A stretch of 64,000 bases of DNA from an uncultured Planctomycetaceae bacterium (GTDB lineage: Bacteria; Planctomycetota; Planctomycetia; Isosphaerales; Isosphaeraceae). The stretch spans positions 3,104,001 through 3,168,000 of the forward strand of contig CAWIAD010000002.1 in NCBI GenBank assembly GCA_963833985.1, written 5' to 3'. Position numbers and translations under genes: made by a program. Under the pieces are notes generated by a model that did not search any database, was not told where the DNA came from, and saw only the letters and a list, made by a program, of their open reading frames with translations. Positions 50,251 through 60,436 of this stretch are shown piece after piece. Within the stretch, counting starts at the first letter, position 1. Each line of letters begins with the position of its first letter.

Positions 50251-51000
50251 GGATATTATGGATAGGCACCTTGCGACGTCAGCCAGGGCAGCGGCCCGGT
50301 GTGCCGTCGCCGCGCTGGGCACACCCTATAAGGTGATCATCATGATCATCTTGAGCGCCTTGATCATCTTGATCACCTTGAGCGCCTGACAGGCCGGGGA
50401 GGACCGACCTGGACGCCGCTCGGCTCCTGACGTTATCCCGTGAACGGGAATACTAACTAAGCGGACCCGCAGAAGTCTCTGGACAGGATTGCCGTTTGCT
50501 TGCCCGGGGCTGAGAGCCCTGCCTGGCCGCTCTTCTCGTGGGGTACGATTCCAATCGTGCCTTTCCTGGTCCATCAGACAGAAGAAGTGACACGATCGGA
50601 ATCGTGTCCCACGACAGGATCGAAGAAGTGACACGAGCGGAATCGTGTCCCACGAGGAGAGCGGCTTCCCGGTCATCCAGGATCGCATCAACCTGATGAA
50701 TGCCTGTCAAAGAACGATTGCGAACCTGCTTGGCCAGAAATATCCCTTATAGAGGATAGCCCCCAGGGTGGCTCCGCACAGGGCAGCGCAGCGGAACCCA
50801 CGGCACTGGGCCGGCTCAGCCACCCTATCGATCCACCAGTTTTCAGGAACAGGCTCCGGATGGGGGGGGGTAAGGCGCTCAAGATGATCAAGGCGCTCAA
50901 GATGATCATGATGATCACCTTGTAGGGTGTGTCAAGCGCAGCGACGGCACACCGGGCCGCTGCCCTGGCTGACGTCGCAAGATGCCAATCCGTATAATCC
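50251..51000. repeat. Composite inverted-repeat element (about 130-bp arms; REPIN/MITE-like)
   Basis: 50251-50387 is the reverse complement of 50873-51000 with few mismatches; internal REP-like repeats. Confidence 0.85.
50537..50655. repeat. REP-like palindromes (one inverted plus two direct copies)
   Basis: gaagaagtgacacga(t/g)cggaatcgtgtcccacga at 50581-50614 and 50622-50655; a related inverted copy tcgtggggtacgattccaatcgtgcc starts at 50537. Confidence 0.75.
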
Positions 51001-51055
51001 TTACGGTGTGCTACGGATGCTACAGAGGCTTCCGTCCCCCAGGCCGTCCTGACTC

Positions 51056-51098
51056 TCAGGCTGTCAGATGGTCAGGCTGTCAGATGGTCAGGCTGTCA
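51056..51098. repeat. 16-bp tandem repeat (tcaggctgtcagatgg) x about 2.7
   Basis: Read directly from sequence. Confidence 0.9.
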
Positions 51099-51105
51099 AA
51101 GGAGA

Positions 51106-51253
51106 GCGCATCGAGGTCCGTTCCGGCCTCAAGCAAGGCGACACCGTGATCACGATCGCCACCCCGGAGATCAATCAGGGACGGACGGAGAGTCGATCGT
51201 CGATCAAGAAGTAGACCCTGGCCTCCGGGCAGACGACCGGGCAGAATGCTTCC
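51106..51253 (+). pseudogene. Remnant 3' end and downstream flank of a paralogue of the ECF-MFP gene
   Basis: gcgcatcgaggtccgttccggcctcaag..gtgatcacgatcg..atcaagaagtag..cgaccgggcagaatgct parallels 50074-50213. Confidence 0.8.
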
Positions 51254-51290
51254 GTCAGCCGTCATGTGCTGCCGGGGATTCTCATCATTC

Positions 51291-52517
51291 ATGAGTCCGT
51301 CCGTCTACGCCGTCGCCACCATGGACACCAAGGGCCAGGAGCTTGCCTTCCTGGGCCTGCGGCTGCGCTCGGCCGGCGTCCCCACGGTGATGGTGGACGT
51401 GGGAACGCAATCGGCGCCGACCGCTGATCCGGACATCGATCGCGCCGCGGTGATCGCGTGCCTGCATGACGCGAATCTTCGCGGGGTTCTCAGCGCCGCG
51501 ACCGACCGCGGTCAAGCCATAGCCGCGATGGGGCAGGCGCTCGAAAACTTTCTCACCCGCGAGTACCAGGCCGGGCGGATGACCGGAGTGGTCGGGATTG
51601 GCGGCAGCGGAGGTACGGCGCTCGTCACCCAGGCCATGAGAGCCCTGCCGGTGGGGCTGCCCAAGCTCATGGTCTCCACGGTCGCCAGCGGCAACACCTC
51701 GGCTTATGTGGGCTGCTCCGACATCACGCTCATGCATTCGGTCGTCGACGTGGCGGGTCTGAATTCGGTCTCGCGGCGCATCCTGGCGAATGCCGCCCAC
51801 GCGATGGCGGGCATGGTGACGCATGCCGTACCGCCCGAGACCGACAAGCCGGCGCTCGGCCTGACCATGTTCGGCGTGACCACGCCCTGCGTCACGGCCG
51901 TTCGCCAGGCGCTCGAGGCGCAGGGGTTCGACTGCCTGGTCTTCCACGCCACCGGTACCGGCGGCCAGGCGATGGAGAAGCTGGTCGCCGCGGGCCTGAT
52001 CGGCGGCGTACTCGACATCACCACCACCGAGGTCGCCGATCACCTGGTCGGGGGAGTGCTCCCGTGCGGACCTGACCGTTTCGATGCCATCCTCGCCGCG
52101 CGCATTCCCTTCGTGGTCAGCACCGGCGCGCTCGACATGGTCAATTTCGGGCCGATGGAGACTGTCCCGGAGCGGTTTCGCGGCCGCAAGCTGCACGTCC
52201 ACAATGCCCACGTGACGTTGATGCGAACGACGGCCGAGGAGAATCGCGCGTGCGCGCGCTGGATCGCCGCGAAGCTGAACCGCTCCGTGGCTCCTTTGAC
52301 CATGCTGCTCCCGGAACGCGGCGTCTCGGCTCTTGATGCTCCGGGCCAGCCGTTCCACGATCCGGAAGCCGACGCGGCGCTCTTCGAGACGCTCGAGGCA
52401 GCGCTCATCACGACCACGACGCGGCGGGTCCGCCGTCTGCCCTATCATATCAACGATCCGGAGTTTGCGCGGGCGATCGTGGCACAGTTCCGTGAACTGG
52501 AGCCGGCTCCGCGTTGA
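51291..52517 (+). CDS. Tm-1-like ATP-binding domain protein (UPF0261)
   Basis: [62 protein letters not shown]. Confidence 0.92.
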   Translation: MSPSVYAVATMDTKGQELAFLGLRLRSAGVPTVMVDVGTQSAPTADPDIDRAAVIACLHDANLRGVLSAATDRGQAIAAMGQALENFLTREYQAGRMTGVVGIGGSGGTALVTQAMRALPVGLPKLMVSTVASGNTSAYVGCSDITLMHSVVDVAGLNSVSRRILANAAHAMAGMVTHAVPPETDKPALGLTMFGVTTPCVTAVRQALEAQGFDCLVFHATGTGGQAMEKLVAAGLIGGVLDITTTEVADHLVGGVLPCGPDRFDAILAARIPFVVSTGALDMVNFGPMETVPERFRGRKLHVHNAHVTLMRTTAEENRACARWIAAKLNRSVAPLTMLLPERGVSALDAPGQPFHDPEADAALFETLEAALITTTTRRVRRLPYHINDPEFARAIVAQFRELEPAPR

Positions 52518-52542
52518 GCAGATCTTCTGTTCCGAGGTGCTC

Positions 52543-53376
52543 ATGGCCGAAACACGCGCTGCGGTGCTCAAGAGGTTCCACGACAAGGTGCGATCGGGCC
52601 GGCCGATCATCGGCGGCGGCGCGGGGACCGGGCTGAGCGCCCGCTGCGAGGAGGCCGGCGGCATCGACCTGATCGTGATCTACAACTCGGGCCGCTTCCG
52701 GATGGCTGGCCGCGGCTCGCTGGCCGGCATGATGCCCTATGGCAATGCGAACGCGATCGTCAAGGAGATGGCCTTCGAGGTGCTCACCGCCGTGGCGCAC
52801 ACGCCCGTCCTGGCCGGGGTCTGCGCAACCGACCCGTTCCTGATCCTGGAGCATTTCCTGAACGAGCTGCGCGCGCTCGGTTTCGCGGGCGTCCAAAACT
52901 TCCCCACCGTCGGACTGATCGATGGCTCGTTCCGCCAGGGCCTGGAAGAGACGGGCATGGGGTTCGGCAAGGAGATCGACTGCATCGGCCTGGCTCATCA
53001 GCTCGACCTGCTCACGACCCCCTATGCCTTCGACCCCGAGCAGGCGCGGCGGTTCGCCGAGGTCGGCGCGGACCTGATCGTGGCGCACATGGGCCTGACC
53101 ACCAGCGGGGCAATCGGCGCCCGCACGTCGCGCTCGCTGGACGACTGCGTGCGCGCGGTCGCAGCCATGGTGGATGCCGCCAGATCGGTGCGCGATGACG
53201 TCCTGGTGCTCTGCCACGGCGGCCCCATCGCCAACCCGCCTGATGCGCAGTACGTGCTGGATCGGGTGCAGGGGCTGGACGGCTTCTACGGCGCCAGCTC
53301 GATGGAGCGTCTGCCCACCGAGACGGCCATCGCGCGGCAGACCCGGGAGTTCGCGGAGCTGCGTCTCAGGCCGTAG
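52543..53376 (+). CDS. TIM-barrel signal-transduction / PEP-hydrolase-like protein
   Basis: [53 protein letters not shown]. Confidence 0.92.
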   Translation: MAETRAAVLKRFHDKVRSGRPIIGGGAGTGLSARCEEAGGIDLIVIYNSGRFRMAGRGSLAGMMPYGNANAIVKEMAFEVLTAVAHTPVLAGVCATDPFLILEHFLNELRALGFAGVQNFPTVGLIDGSFRQGLEETGMGFGKEIDCIGLAHQLDLLTTPYAFDPEQARRFAEVGADLIVAHMGLTTSGAIGARTSRSLDDCVRAVAAMVDAARSVRDDVLVLCHGGPIANPPDAQYVLDRVQGLDGFYGASSMERLPTETAIARQTREFAELRLRP

Positions 53377-55357
53377 TGACGTCCCGCTTGCCGGAGGGCG
53401 AGTAGGTCGCCGCGGCCTCGTCCGCGGGCCCGGGCCATGCCACGAAGAACGTGGCACCCTTCTCGGGCTCGCTCTCCACCCAGATCCGCCCGCCATGCGC
53501 CTGGGCGATCTTGGTGCAGATGGCCAGCCCCACGCCGCTTCCCTCGTAGTCTTCCTGTGCATGGAGCCGCCGGAAGACCTGGAAGACACGGTCGTGATGG
53601 CGCGGGTCGATGCCGATGCCGTTGTCGCGCACGTAGAGCGTCTGGGACGGACCTGTGCCCTCGGCGCCGCGCGGATTACCGTCGGCCAGGCCGAGCGTGC
53701 CGACCTCGACGCTGGGAACCGGCGACTGGTTGTACTTGATCGCGTTGGTGACCAGGTTGGTCAGGAGCTGGTGCAGCCTGCGGCGATCACCCTGAAGCAC
53801 CGCGTCCGGGCTCGCCACGCGAACCTCGGCGTGGCGGCTGCGAATCAGTTCGGAGAGGTCGGCGCGAACGTCATCAACGAGCGGACCGAGCGGCACGGGC
53901 ACCGATTCCCCGGTCACCTTGCCGGCCCGGGAGAGGTTCAGGAGCGCATGGATCATGGTCCTCATCCGCCGCGCGGCACTGGCAAGCCGCCTGGTATATT
54001 CCTGCCCCGCGGAATCGAGCCCGCCTGAGTGATCCTGAAGCAGGTAATCGGCAAGCGCCGTGAGCGTGCGGAGCGGCTCCTGGAGATCGTGCGAGATGAC
54101 ATAGACGAATTCGTCGAGCTCGCGGTTCTTCCGGGACAGCTCGGTATTAGCGCGGGCGAGCGACCGGTTGCTCTCCTGGAGCTGCGCTTCCAGCCTGTGC
54201 ATGGCCGTCAGGTCCTGGGCGATGCAGCGGGTCTGCTCCACGTTTCCCTTCGGTCCGCGGATCACCTTCCCGCTGATCCAGACCGGCAGGGTCGCGCCGC
54301 GGGAGCTCACCCAGCGCGACTCGGTTTCCAGGGAGCCGGTTTCGAGCAACCGGGCGTAGAGAGCCTGGCAACGCACCAGCTCGTCGCCTGCCAGGAAGCG
54401 ATCGAAGCCCTGGCCGACCAGTTCCTCGCGGCCGCGCTGGAGTGTGGACAGGAAGGTCTGGTTGCATTCGACCAGGCGGCCTGACGGGTCCAGGCTGAAG
54501 TACATGGCCGGCGCGTTCTGGTACAGATCGCCGTAGCGGTCCTTCAGCTCTTCGAGCTCGCGGTTGATTTGCCGCAATTGCTCATTGAGCTGCATCAGCT
54601 CGCGGGCGCGGAGGCGCAGTTCCCGCTCGGCCCGGACCTTGATGGTCACGTCGGTGAGGTGGCAGCGCACGTAGGAGACATGGCCGTCGGAGGTGAACCG
54701 CGCGCCGGCGTTGATCTCGACGGCCCGGCTCCTGCCCTGCGCGGTCTTGATGCGTACGACCAGGCCCAGCAGTTCCCCCTTCGCCAGCGCCTGGTTCAGA
54801 CCCTCCTCGGCCCGGCCGCGATCATCGGCGTGGACGATCTCGAAAAACGACTTCCCTTGCAGCTCGCTCAGGCTCCAGCCCAGGAACTGCTGCTCGGCCA
54901 GGCTCGACTCGAGCCAGCGGAACTGCCGCGGTTCCAGGCGATTGACCATGTCGATGATCAAGAAATCCCCCGTGTGCCGGACGTCCCGGTGCAGGGAATC
55001 GGGCTGGCTGGGGGCCGCGAAGTAGCCGCTCCGGGTCATCGAGTCTTCCTCGACGGCTTCCGGAATGCGCGGTGATGAAGCATGCGAAGGGTGTTGCCGG
55101 CCGTCACCCGAGGACGGATCCTCGACCTCCCGTGACCGGACCAGCCGCGGTGCGCGGTCGGCCCTGTGCCGCAGGCACAGCGCGCAGGTGGCGGCTGCCG
55201 GAACGATCGCCAGCAGGGCGACCACCCATCCGTCTGCCGGTTTCAGCCGGGCAATCGCGAACGCCAGGAGCGACAGCCAGCACAGGCAGATGGCGATCGC
55301 CGTCCTCCACGGTGGGCCCGCGCGGGGCGGGCCGGACTGCGACCACTTCCAGGACAT
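53366..55357 (-). CDS. Membrane PAS sensor histidine kinase
   Basis: Two TM helices, PAS domains, [25 protein letters not shown]. Confidence 0.9.
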   Translation of the reverse strand: MSWKWSQSGPPRAGPPWRTAIAICLCWLSLLAFAIARLKPADGWVVALLAIVPAAATCALCLRHRADRAPRLVRSREVEDPSSGDGRQHPSHASSPRIPEAVEEDSMTRSGYFAAPSQPDSLHRDVRHTGDFLIIDMVNRLEPRQFRWLESSLAEQQFLGWSLSELQGKSFFEIVHADDRGRAEEGLNQALAKGELLGLVVRIKTAQGRSRAVEINAGARFTSDGHVSYVRCHLTDVTIKVRAERELRLRARELMQLNEQLRQINRELEELKDRYGDLYQNAPAMYFSLDPSGRLVECNQTFLSTLQRGREELVGQGFDRFLAGDELVRCQALYARLLETGSLETESRWVSSRGATLPVWISGKVIRGPKGNVEQTRCIAQDLTAMHRLEAQLQESNRSLARANTELSRKNRELDEFVYVISHDLQEPLRTLTALADYLLQDHSGGLDSAGQEYTRRLASAARRMRTMIHALLNLSRAGKVTGESVPVPLGPLVDDVRADLSELIRSRHAEVRVASPDAVLQGDRRRLHQLLTNLVTNAIKYNQSPVPSVEVGTLGLADGNPRGAEGTGPSQTLYVRDNGIGIDPRHHDRVFQVFRRLHAQEDYEGSGVGLAICTKIAQAHGGRIWVESEPEKGATFFVAWPGPADEAAATYSPSGKRDVTTA

Positions 55358-55448
55358 GGGTCTGCCCCCTGTTCGACCGTCGTGGTCAGGACCCCGCGAT
55401 GGATGGAAACCGCCCAGGCCATGGCCAGAGCCCTGCCGCCAATCGACG

Positions 55449-56573
55449 TCAGGAGGTCCCCACGGCCGACGCGGCCGAGGTTCGATCGCCGTTCAGCGGC
55501 AACCAGATGGACAGGCACGCGCCCCCGTCGGCGTTGTTGCATGCGGTCAACCTTCCGCCTTGCTCCTTGAGGATCTCGGAAGCGAGGTAGAGCCCGTAGC
55601 CGGTGCCCCCCTGGCGGGTGGTGAAGAAGGGCTCGAAGATGCGATCGAGATAGACCTCAGGGATGCCCGGGCCGTCGTCGCGGATATCCACCTTCACCCA
55701 CCGGCCTGCATCATGCTCCACGACCCTGGCCTCCAGCCGGATGTGCCCTTCCTCACGCACGCCCGTGATCGCCTGGTGCGCATTACTCAGCAGGTCGATC
55801 AGCACCTGCATGATCCGGCCGCCATCGGCGCGGACGGGTGGCGGGTCCGAGGCGAGCTCGGTCTGCACCGAGACACCGCGGCCGCTGGCGGGCAGCCCCT
55901 TGACGAAGAGGTCGATGGATTCGCGCAGCAGCGTGGCCAGGTCAACGGTCTGGAACTGGGGCGGTCCCGTACGGACCGTGGACATCAGGTGCTCCAGCCG
56001 GCTCTGGAGCAACTGGGTGCCGCGGAGAATGGAATCCACCCACTGGACATTGGAGTCCTCGGGTTGCAGGTTGAGCCGGAGCAACTCCGCGCTACCGCGT
56101 ATGACCGAGAGGGGCCCGCGTATCTCATGGATGATCCCCGCGAGCAGGCGCCCCACCTGGACGAGCTGGCGGTTCAGCATGGAAAGCGTTACAAGCTGGC
56201 GATACTGCACCAGCCTGCGCACCCGTGCCAGGACCAGCTCCGGGGCGGAATCCTTCGCGACGTAGTCGTCAGCGCCGGCGTGCAGCCCTGCCAGGACATC
56301 CGTGTCGTCATGCCGTACGGTGAGCATGAGCACAGGTATCCCGCCGGCCAGCGCGTCGGCCCGCAGCGCCCGGCAAACTTCCAGGCCGCTCAGATCAGGC
56401 AGGTTCACGTCCAGGACAATCACGTGCGGACGGAGTTCCAGCGCCTTCGCGACGGTCTGGGTTCCGTGAGCGATGTCGAAGACCGTGTAACCTCCCCGTT
56501 CGAGAACCGTCCGGAACAACGCGCGGTCCGCGGCGCTATCGTCAACAATGAGGACGCTACCCTTATGCTCCAT
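55449..56573 (-). CDS. Hybrid receiver-histidine kinase
   Basis: LIVDDS, LDVNLP, IIHEIRGPL, DDGPG, FFTT, GTGYGL. Confidence 0.9.
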   Translation of the reverse strand: MEHKGSVLIVDDSAADRALFRTVLERGGYTVFDIAHGTQTVAKALELRPHVIVLDVNLPDLSGLEVCRALRADALAGGIPVLMLTVRHDDTDVLAGLHAGADDYVAKDSAPELVLARVRRLVQYRQLVTLSMLNRQLVQVGRLLAGIIHEIRGPLSVIRGSAELLRLNLQPEDSNVQWVDSILRGTQLLQSRLEHLMSTVRTGPPQFQTVDLATLLRESIDLFVKGLPASGRGVSVQTELASDPPPVRADGGRIMQVLIDLLSNAHQAITGVREEGHIRLEARVVEHDAGRWVKVDIRDDGPGIPEVYLDRIFEPFFTTRQGGTGYGLYLASEILKEQGGRLTACNNADGGACLSIWLPLNGDRTSAASAVGTS

Positions 56574-56817
56574 CCATCATTCCTTGCCATGTCCCTTTCA
56601 GCGCCGAACACCGGGCGAATCTCGATGCACGAATCGCCGTTCCTGACAATCAAACACCAGCCCTTTCGGTGCGGTCGATCGTTTCTTGACTCCTCCGCGC
56701 TTATAATACGCGATGAGGTCAATTTCTGAGACAGGGGAGGCGACCTTTTCAGGGACCGGCCAGATTGACTGGCCCGCATACATCGCATCAGGTTCTCACA
56801 GAAGCATCATCACACTC

Positions 56818-57933
56818 ATGACCACAGGATTGATTACTTCGGCCGCCCCGGCACCGCTCCCCTTTCCGGACTACCGTCACCGGCCCGATGCGGAGCTGGA
56901 GTCGCGGATCCGCGAGGTCAAGCACGATCTGGGCGAGGCTTTGCTGATCCTCGGACACCATTACCAGCAAGACCCGGTGATCCGTTTCGCCGATCTGCGG
57001 GGAGACAGTCTGAAGCTCAGCCAGCTCGCGGGGGCCAGCCAGAACTGCCGGTCCATCGTCTTCTGCGGCGTCCATTTCATGGCGGAGACCGCGGACATCC
57101 TGTCGCGGCCCGAGGTGGAGACGTATCTGCCGGACCTGTCCGCCGGTTGCAGCATGGCCGACATGGCCGATCTCGACGCCGTGGAGGCCGCCTGGGCCGA
57201 CCTGGGCGAGTGCATTGACACCGCGGACCTGATGCCGGTGACCTACATCAACTCGACCGCGGCCCTGAAGGCGTTCTGCGGCCGCCATGGCGGCACGGTC
57301 TGCACCAGCTCCAACGCGCGGGCGGTGCTGGACTGGGCGCTGGCCAGGCGCCGCCGCGTGCTCTTCTTCCCGGACCAGCACCTGGGGCGGAACACGGCCC
57401 GCGCGATGGGGATACCACTGGATCAAATGGTTCTCTGGGACCCCCGCGAAGCGCTCGGGGGCCATTCGCCCAAGGCGGTTCAGAACGCCCGCATCCTGCT
57501 CTGGAAGGGGCACTGCTCGGTGCATCAGATGTTCAAGCCCGCGCATGTGGCGCAGTTTCGCGCGCAGTATCCGGGAATCCGCGTTCTGGTGCATCCGGAG
57601 TGCATGATGGAGGTTGTGGATCAGGCGGATCTCGTCGGCTCGACCGAATTCATCATCCAGACCATCGAACGGGCGCCGGCCGGATCGAGCTGGGCGATCG
57701 GCACCGAACTTCACCTGGTGAACCGGCTGGCCGCCGAGCACCCCGAGCAGAGCATCCGGTTCCTCTCGCCCATGGTCTGCATGTGCGCCACGATGTACCG
57801 CATTGACCTGCCCCACCTGGCATGGTGCCTGGAGAACCTGGCCCGGGGCACTCCCGTGAACCGCGTCCAGGTTGAGCCGGAAACCAAGGCGTGGGCCAGA
57901 ATTGCTCTTGAGAGAATGCTTGGGCTGAAATAA
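56818..57933 (+). CDS. nadA: Quinolinate synthase
   Basis: GHHYQ, FCGVHFMAE, AGCSMADM, YINS, CTSSNA, GHCSVH, HPEC, CATM. Confidence 0.96.
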   Translation: MTTGLITSAAPAPLPFPDYRHRPDAELESRIREVKHDLGEALLILGHHYQQDPVIRFADLRGDSLKLSQLAGASQNCRSIVFCGVHFMAETADILSRPEVETYLPDLSAGCSMADMADLDAVEAAWADLGECIDTADLMPVTYINSTAALKAFCGRHGGTVCTSSNARAVLDWALARRRRVLFFPDQHLGRNTARAMGIPLDQMVLWDPREALGGHSPKAVQNARILLWKGHCSVHQMFKPAHVAQFRAQYPGIRVLVHPECMMEVVDQADLVGSTEFIIQTIERAPAGSSWAIGTELHLVNRLAAEHPEQSIRFLSPMVCMCATMYRIDLPHLAWCLENLARGTPVNRVQVEPETKAWARIALERMLGLK

Positions 57934-58147
57934 CCTCCAGACGTGATGCCTCGCCCACCCGCCGTATTTTCTGCTCGTCTGACCAGTCTTCCCCGCTCCG
58001 GCCCGTGGTTGTCTTCCCGGGACCACCACGAGACGGAGCCAGCCGGCCATCGCAGCCGCAGCATGGACACGAGAGAACGGATGGTTCGAGAGAGCTCTAA
58101 CTGCTGACCTTGAAACAGAACCGATCTGGGAGAGCGAGTCTACCAAC

Positions 58148-60397
58148 ATGGCCGTCATGACAGGACAGGCGCCCGTCACCGCGCAGACCGACATCGAATT
58201 GATCATTCACGCCGATCACTGGAACCCGTTCACCGTGCTGGGCCTGCACGAGGTGACCGGTGGCTCGGGCAAGATGAAGGATTGGGTGGTGCGGGCCTTC
58301 TTCCCCGAGGCACGCGCGGCCTGGGTCGTCGACCTGCGGCGCGGTGAGCCCGGCACGCTGGTGCCCATGGAGCTGATCCATGCCGACGGCCTTTTCCAGG
58401 CGGTCTTCTCCGACCGGCCGGAGCCTTTTCCCTACCGGCTGAAGATCGAGAACCACGAGGGGCACCAGTGGCAGGTCGTCGACCCTTATCGCTTCGGCAC
58501 GGTCCTCACCGACTTCGATTTGCACTTGCTCGGCGAAGGGACCCACCTGCGCAACTATGAGCGGCTGGGCGCCCACCTCATCACCCACGAGGGGTTCCGC
58601 GGCGTGCACTTCGCCATCTGGGCGCCCAACGCGCTGCGGGTGAGCGTGACCGGCAATTTCAATCACTGGGACGGCCGCCGGCATCCCATGCGCAACCGCG
58701 GCGCAACAGGCATCTGGGAGCTGTTCATCCCCGACCTGTGCGAGGGCGAGGTCTACAAGTTCGAGATCAAGAGCCGCAACCACGGCTACATCGTCAAGAA
58801 GTCCGACCCGTACGGCTTCGCTTCCGAGGTCCGTCCCAAGACGGCATCGGTCGTCTGGGACCTTTCCAAGTTCACCTGGAGCGACGACGAGTGGATGGCC
58901 AGCCGGGCACGGCGGCAGGGCCTCGACCGGCCGATCTCGATCTACGAGGTCCATCTCGGCTCGTGGAAGAAGACCGCCGACACGGCGACCGGCTTCCTGA
59001 ACTATCGCCAGCTTGCACACGACCTGGCCGCGCACCTGGAGCACACGCACTTCACGCACATCGAGCTCTTGCCGATCACCGAGCACCCGTTCGACGGAAG
59101 CTGGGGCTACCAGCCCGTCGGCTACTTCGCACCGACGGCCCGGCACGGCAACCCGGACGACTTCGCGTATTTCGTCGATTACCTGCACCGCCACGGCATC
59201 GGCGTCATCCTCGACTGGGTCCCCGCGCACTTTCCCAACGACCTGCACGGCCTGGGATACTTCGACGGCACCCACCTCTACGAACACGCCGACCCGCGGC
59301 TGGGCGAGCACCGCGACTGGGGCACGAAGATCTTCAACTACGGCCGCGCGGAGGTCCGCAACTTCCTCTTCGGCAACGCGCTCTTCTGGCTCGACCGCTA
59401 CCACCTGGACGGGCTGCGGGTCGACGCGGTGGCCTCCATGCTCTACCTTGACTACTCGCGCAAGCCGGGCGAGTGGATCCCCAACATCTTCGGCGGCAAC
59501 GAGAACCTCGAGGCCATCGACTTCCTCAAGCGGCTCAACGAGATCTGCCACCACGAGCACCCGGGCATCCTGACCATCGCCGAGGAATCGACGAGCTGGT
59601 CCGGCGTGTCGCGGCCCACCTACCTGGGCGGTCTGGGGTTCAGCCTGAAGTGGAACATGGGGTGGATGAACGACACCCTGCGGTACATCGAGAAAGACCC
59701 CGTCTACCGCAAGTACGAGCACGGCTCACTCACCTTCAGCATGATCTATGCGTTCAGCGAGAACTTCATCCTGCCGCTCTCGCACGACGAGGTTGTGCAC
59801 GGCAAGCGCTCGCTGCTGGACAAGATGCCGGGGGACCTCTGGCAAAAGTTCGCCAACCTGCGCCTGCTTTACGCCTACATGTACGGCCATCCTGGCAAGA
59901 AGCTGCTCTTCATGGGCGCCGAGATCGCTCAGTGGCGGGAATGGAACCACGACGAGAGCCTGGACTGGCACCTCTTGCAATGGCGCGACCACCAGGGGAC
60001 CATGCAGCTGGTGTGCGACCTGAACGCGCTCTACCAGCAGGAAGCCTCGCTGCACGAGGTTGATTTCGACTGGCAGGGCTACGAGTGGCTGGAGCTGCAT
60101 GACTGGGAGAACAGCGTGCTGGCCTTCCTCCGCCGGGCCAGGAACCCCGCTGATTCCATGGTCGTTGTCTGCAATTTCACCCCGGTGGTGCGCGAGCATT
60201 ACCGCATCGGAGTGCCGACCGGCGGCTTCTATCGCGAGATCATGAACACCGACGCCGAATACTACGGCGGTACGAACGTCGGCAATTCAGGAGGCGGCTG
60301 GGCCATCCCCGAACCCCATGCCGGCCGCCCGTTCCACCTGTCCCTGCGCTTGCCGCCCCTGGGAGTCCTCTACCTGAAGACGCCCGCCGTGAGCTGA
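58148..60397 (+). CDS. glgB: 1,4-alpha-glucan branching enzyme
   Basis: [54 protein letters not shown]. Confidence 0.97.
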   Translation: MAVMTGQAPVTAQTDIELIIHADHWNPFTVLGLHEVTGGSGKMKDWVVRAFFPEARAAWVVDLRRGEPGTLVPMELIHADGLFQAVFSDRPEPFPYRLKIENHEGHQWQVVDPYRFGTVLTDFDLHLLGEGTHLRNYERLGAHLITHEGFRGVHFAIWAPNALRVSVTGNFNHWDGRRHPMRNRGATGIWELFIPDLCEGEVYKFEIKSRNHGYIVKKSDPYGFASEVRPKTASVVWDLSKFTWSDDEWMASRARRQGLDRPISIYEVHLGSWKKTADTATGFLNYRQLAHDLAAHLEHTHFTHIELLPITEHPFDGSWGYQPVGYFAPTARHGNPDDFAYFVDYLHRHGIGVILDWVPAHFPNDLHGLGYFDGTHLYEHADPRLGEHRDWGTKIFNYGRAEVRNFLFGNALFWLDRYHLDGLRVDAVASMLYLDYSRKPGEWIPNIFGGNENLEAIDFLKRLNEICHHEHPGILTIAEESTSWSGVSRPTYLGGLGFSLKWNMGWMNDTLRYIEKDPVYRKYEHGSLTFSMIYAFSENFILPLSHDEVVHGKRSLLDKMPGDLWQKFANLRLLYAYMYGHPGKKLLFMGAEIAQWREWNHDESLDWHLLQWRDHQGTMQLVCDLNALYQQEASLHEVDFDWQGYEWLELHDWENSVLAFLRRARNPADSMVVVCNFTPVVREHYRIGVPTGGFYREIMNTDAEYYGGTNVGNSGGGWAIPEPHAGRPFHLSLRLPPLGVLYLKTPAVS

Positions 60398-60436
60398 AGC
60401 GCGAGCGCCGGCGCGGGCCGCGGATGGCGGCTGCAA

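Noticed and set aside
50326..50918. Short ORFs with MIIMIILSALIILSAL / KMIKALKMIMM repeats
   Set aside because: Translations of the 9-bp periodic inverted arms; no evidence of coding.
56686..56707. TTGACT..TATAAT promoter or NrtR site upstream of nadA
   Set aside because: The spacer is only 10 bp and no convincing operator palindrome is visible; a link to the NUDIX gene is unsupported.
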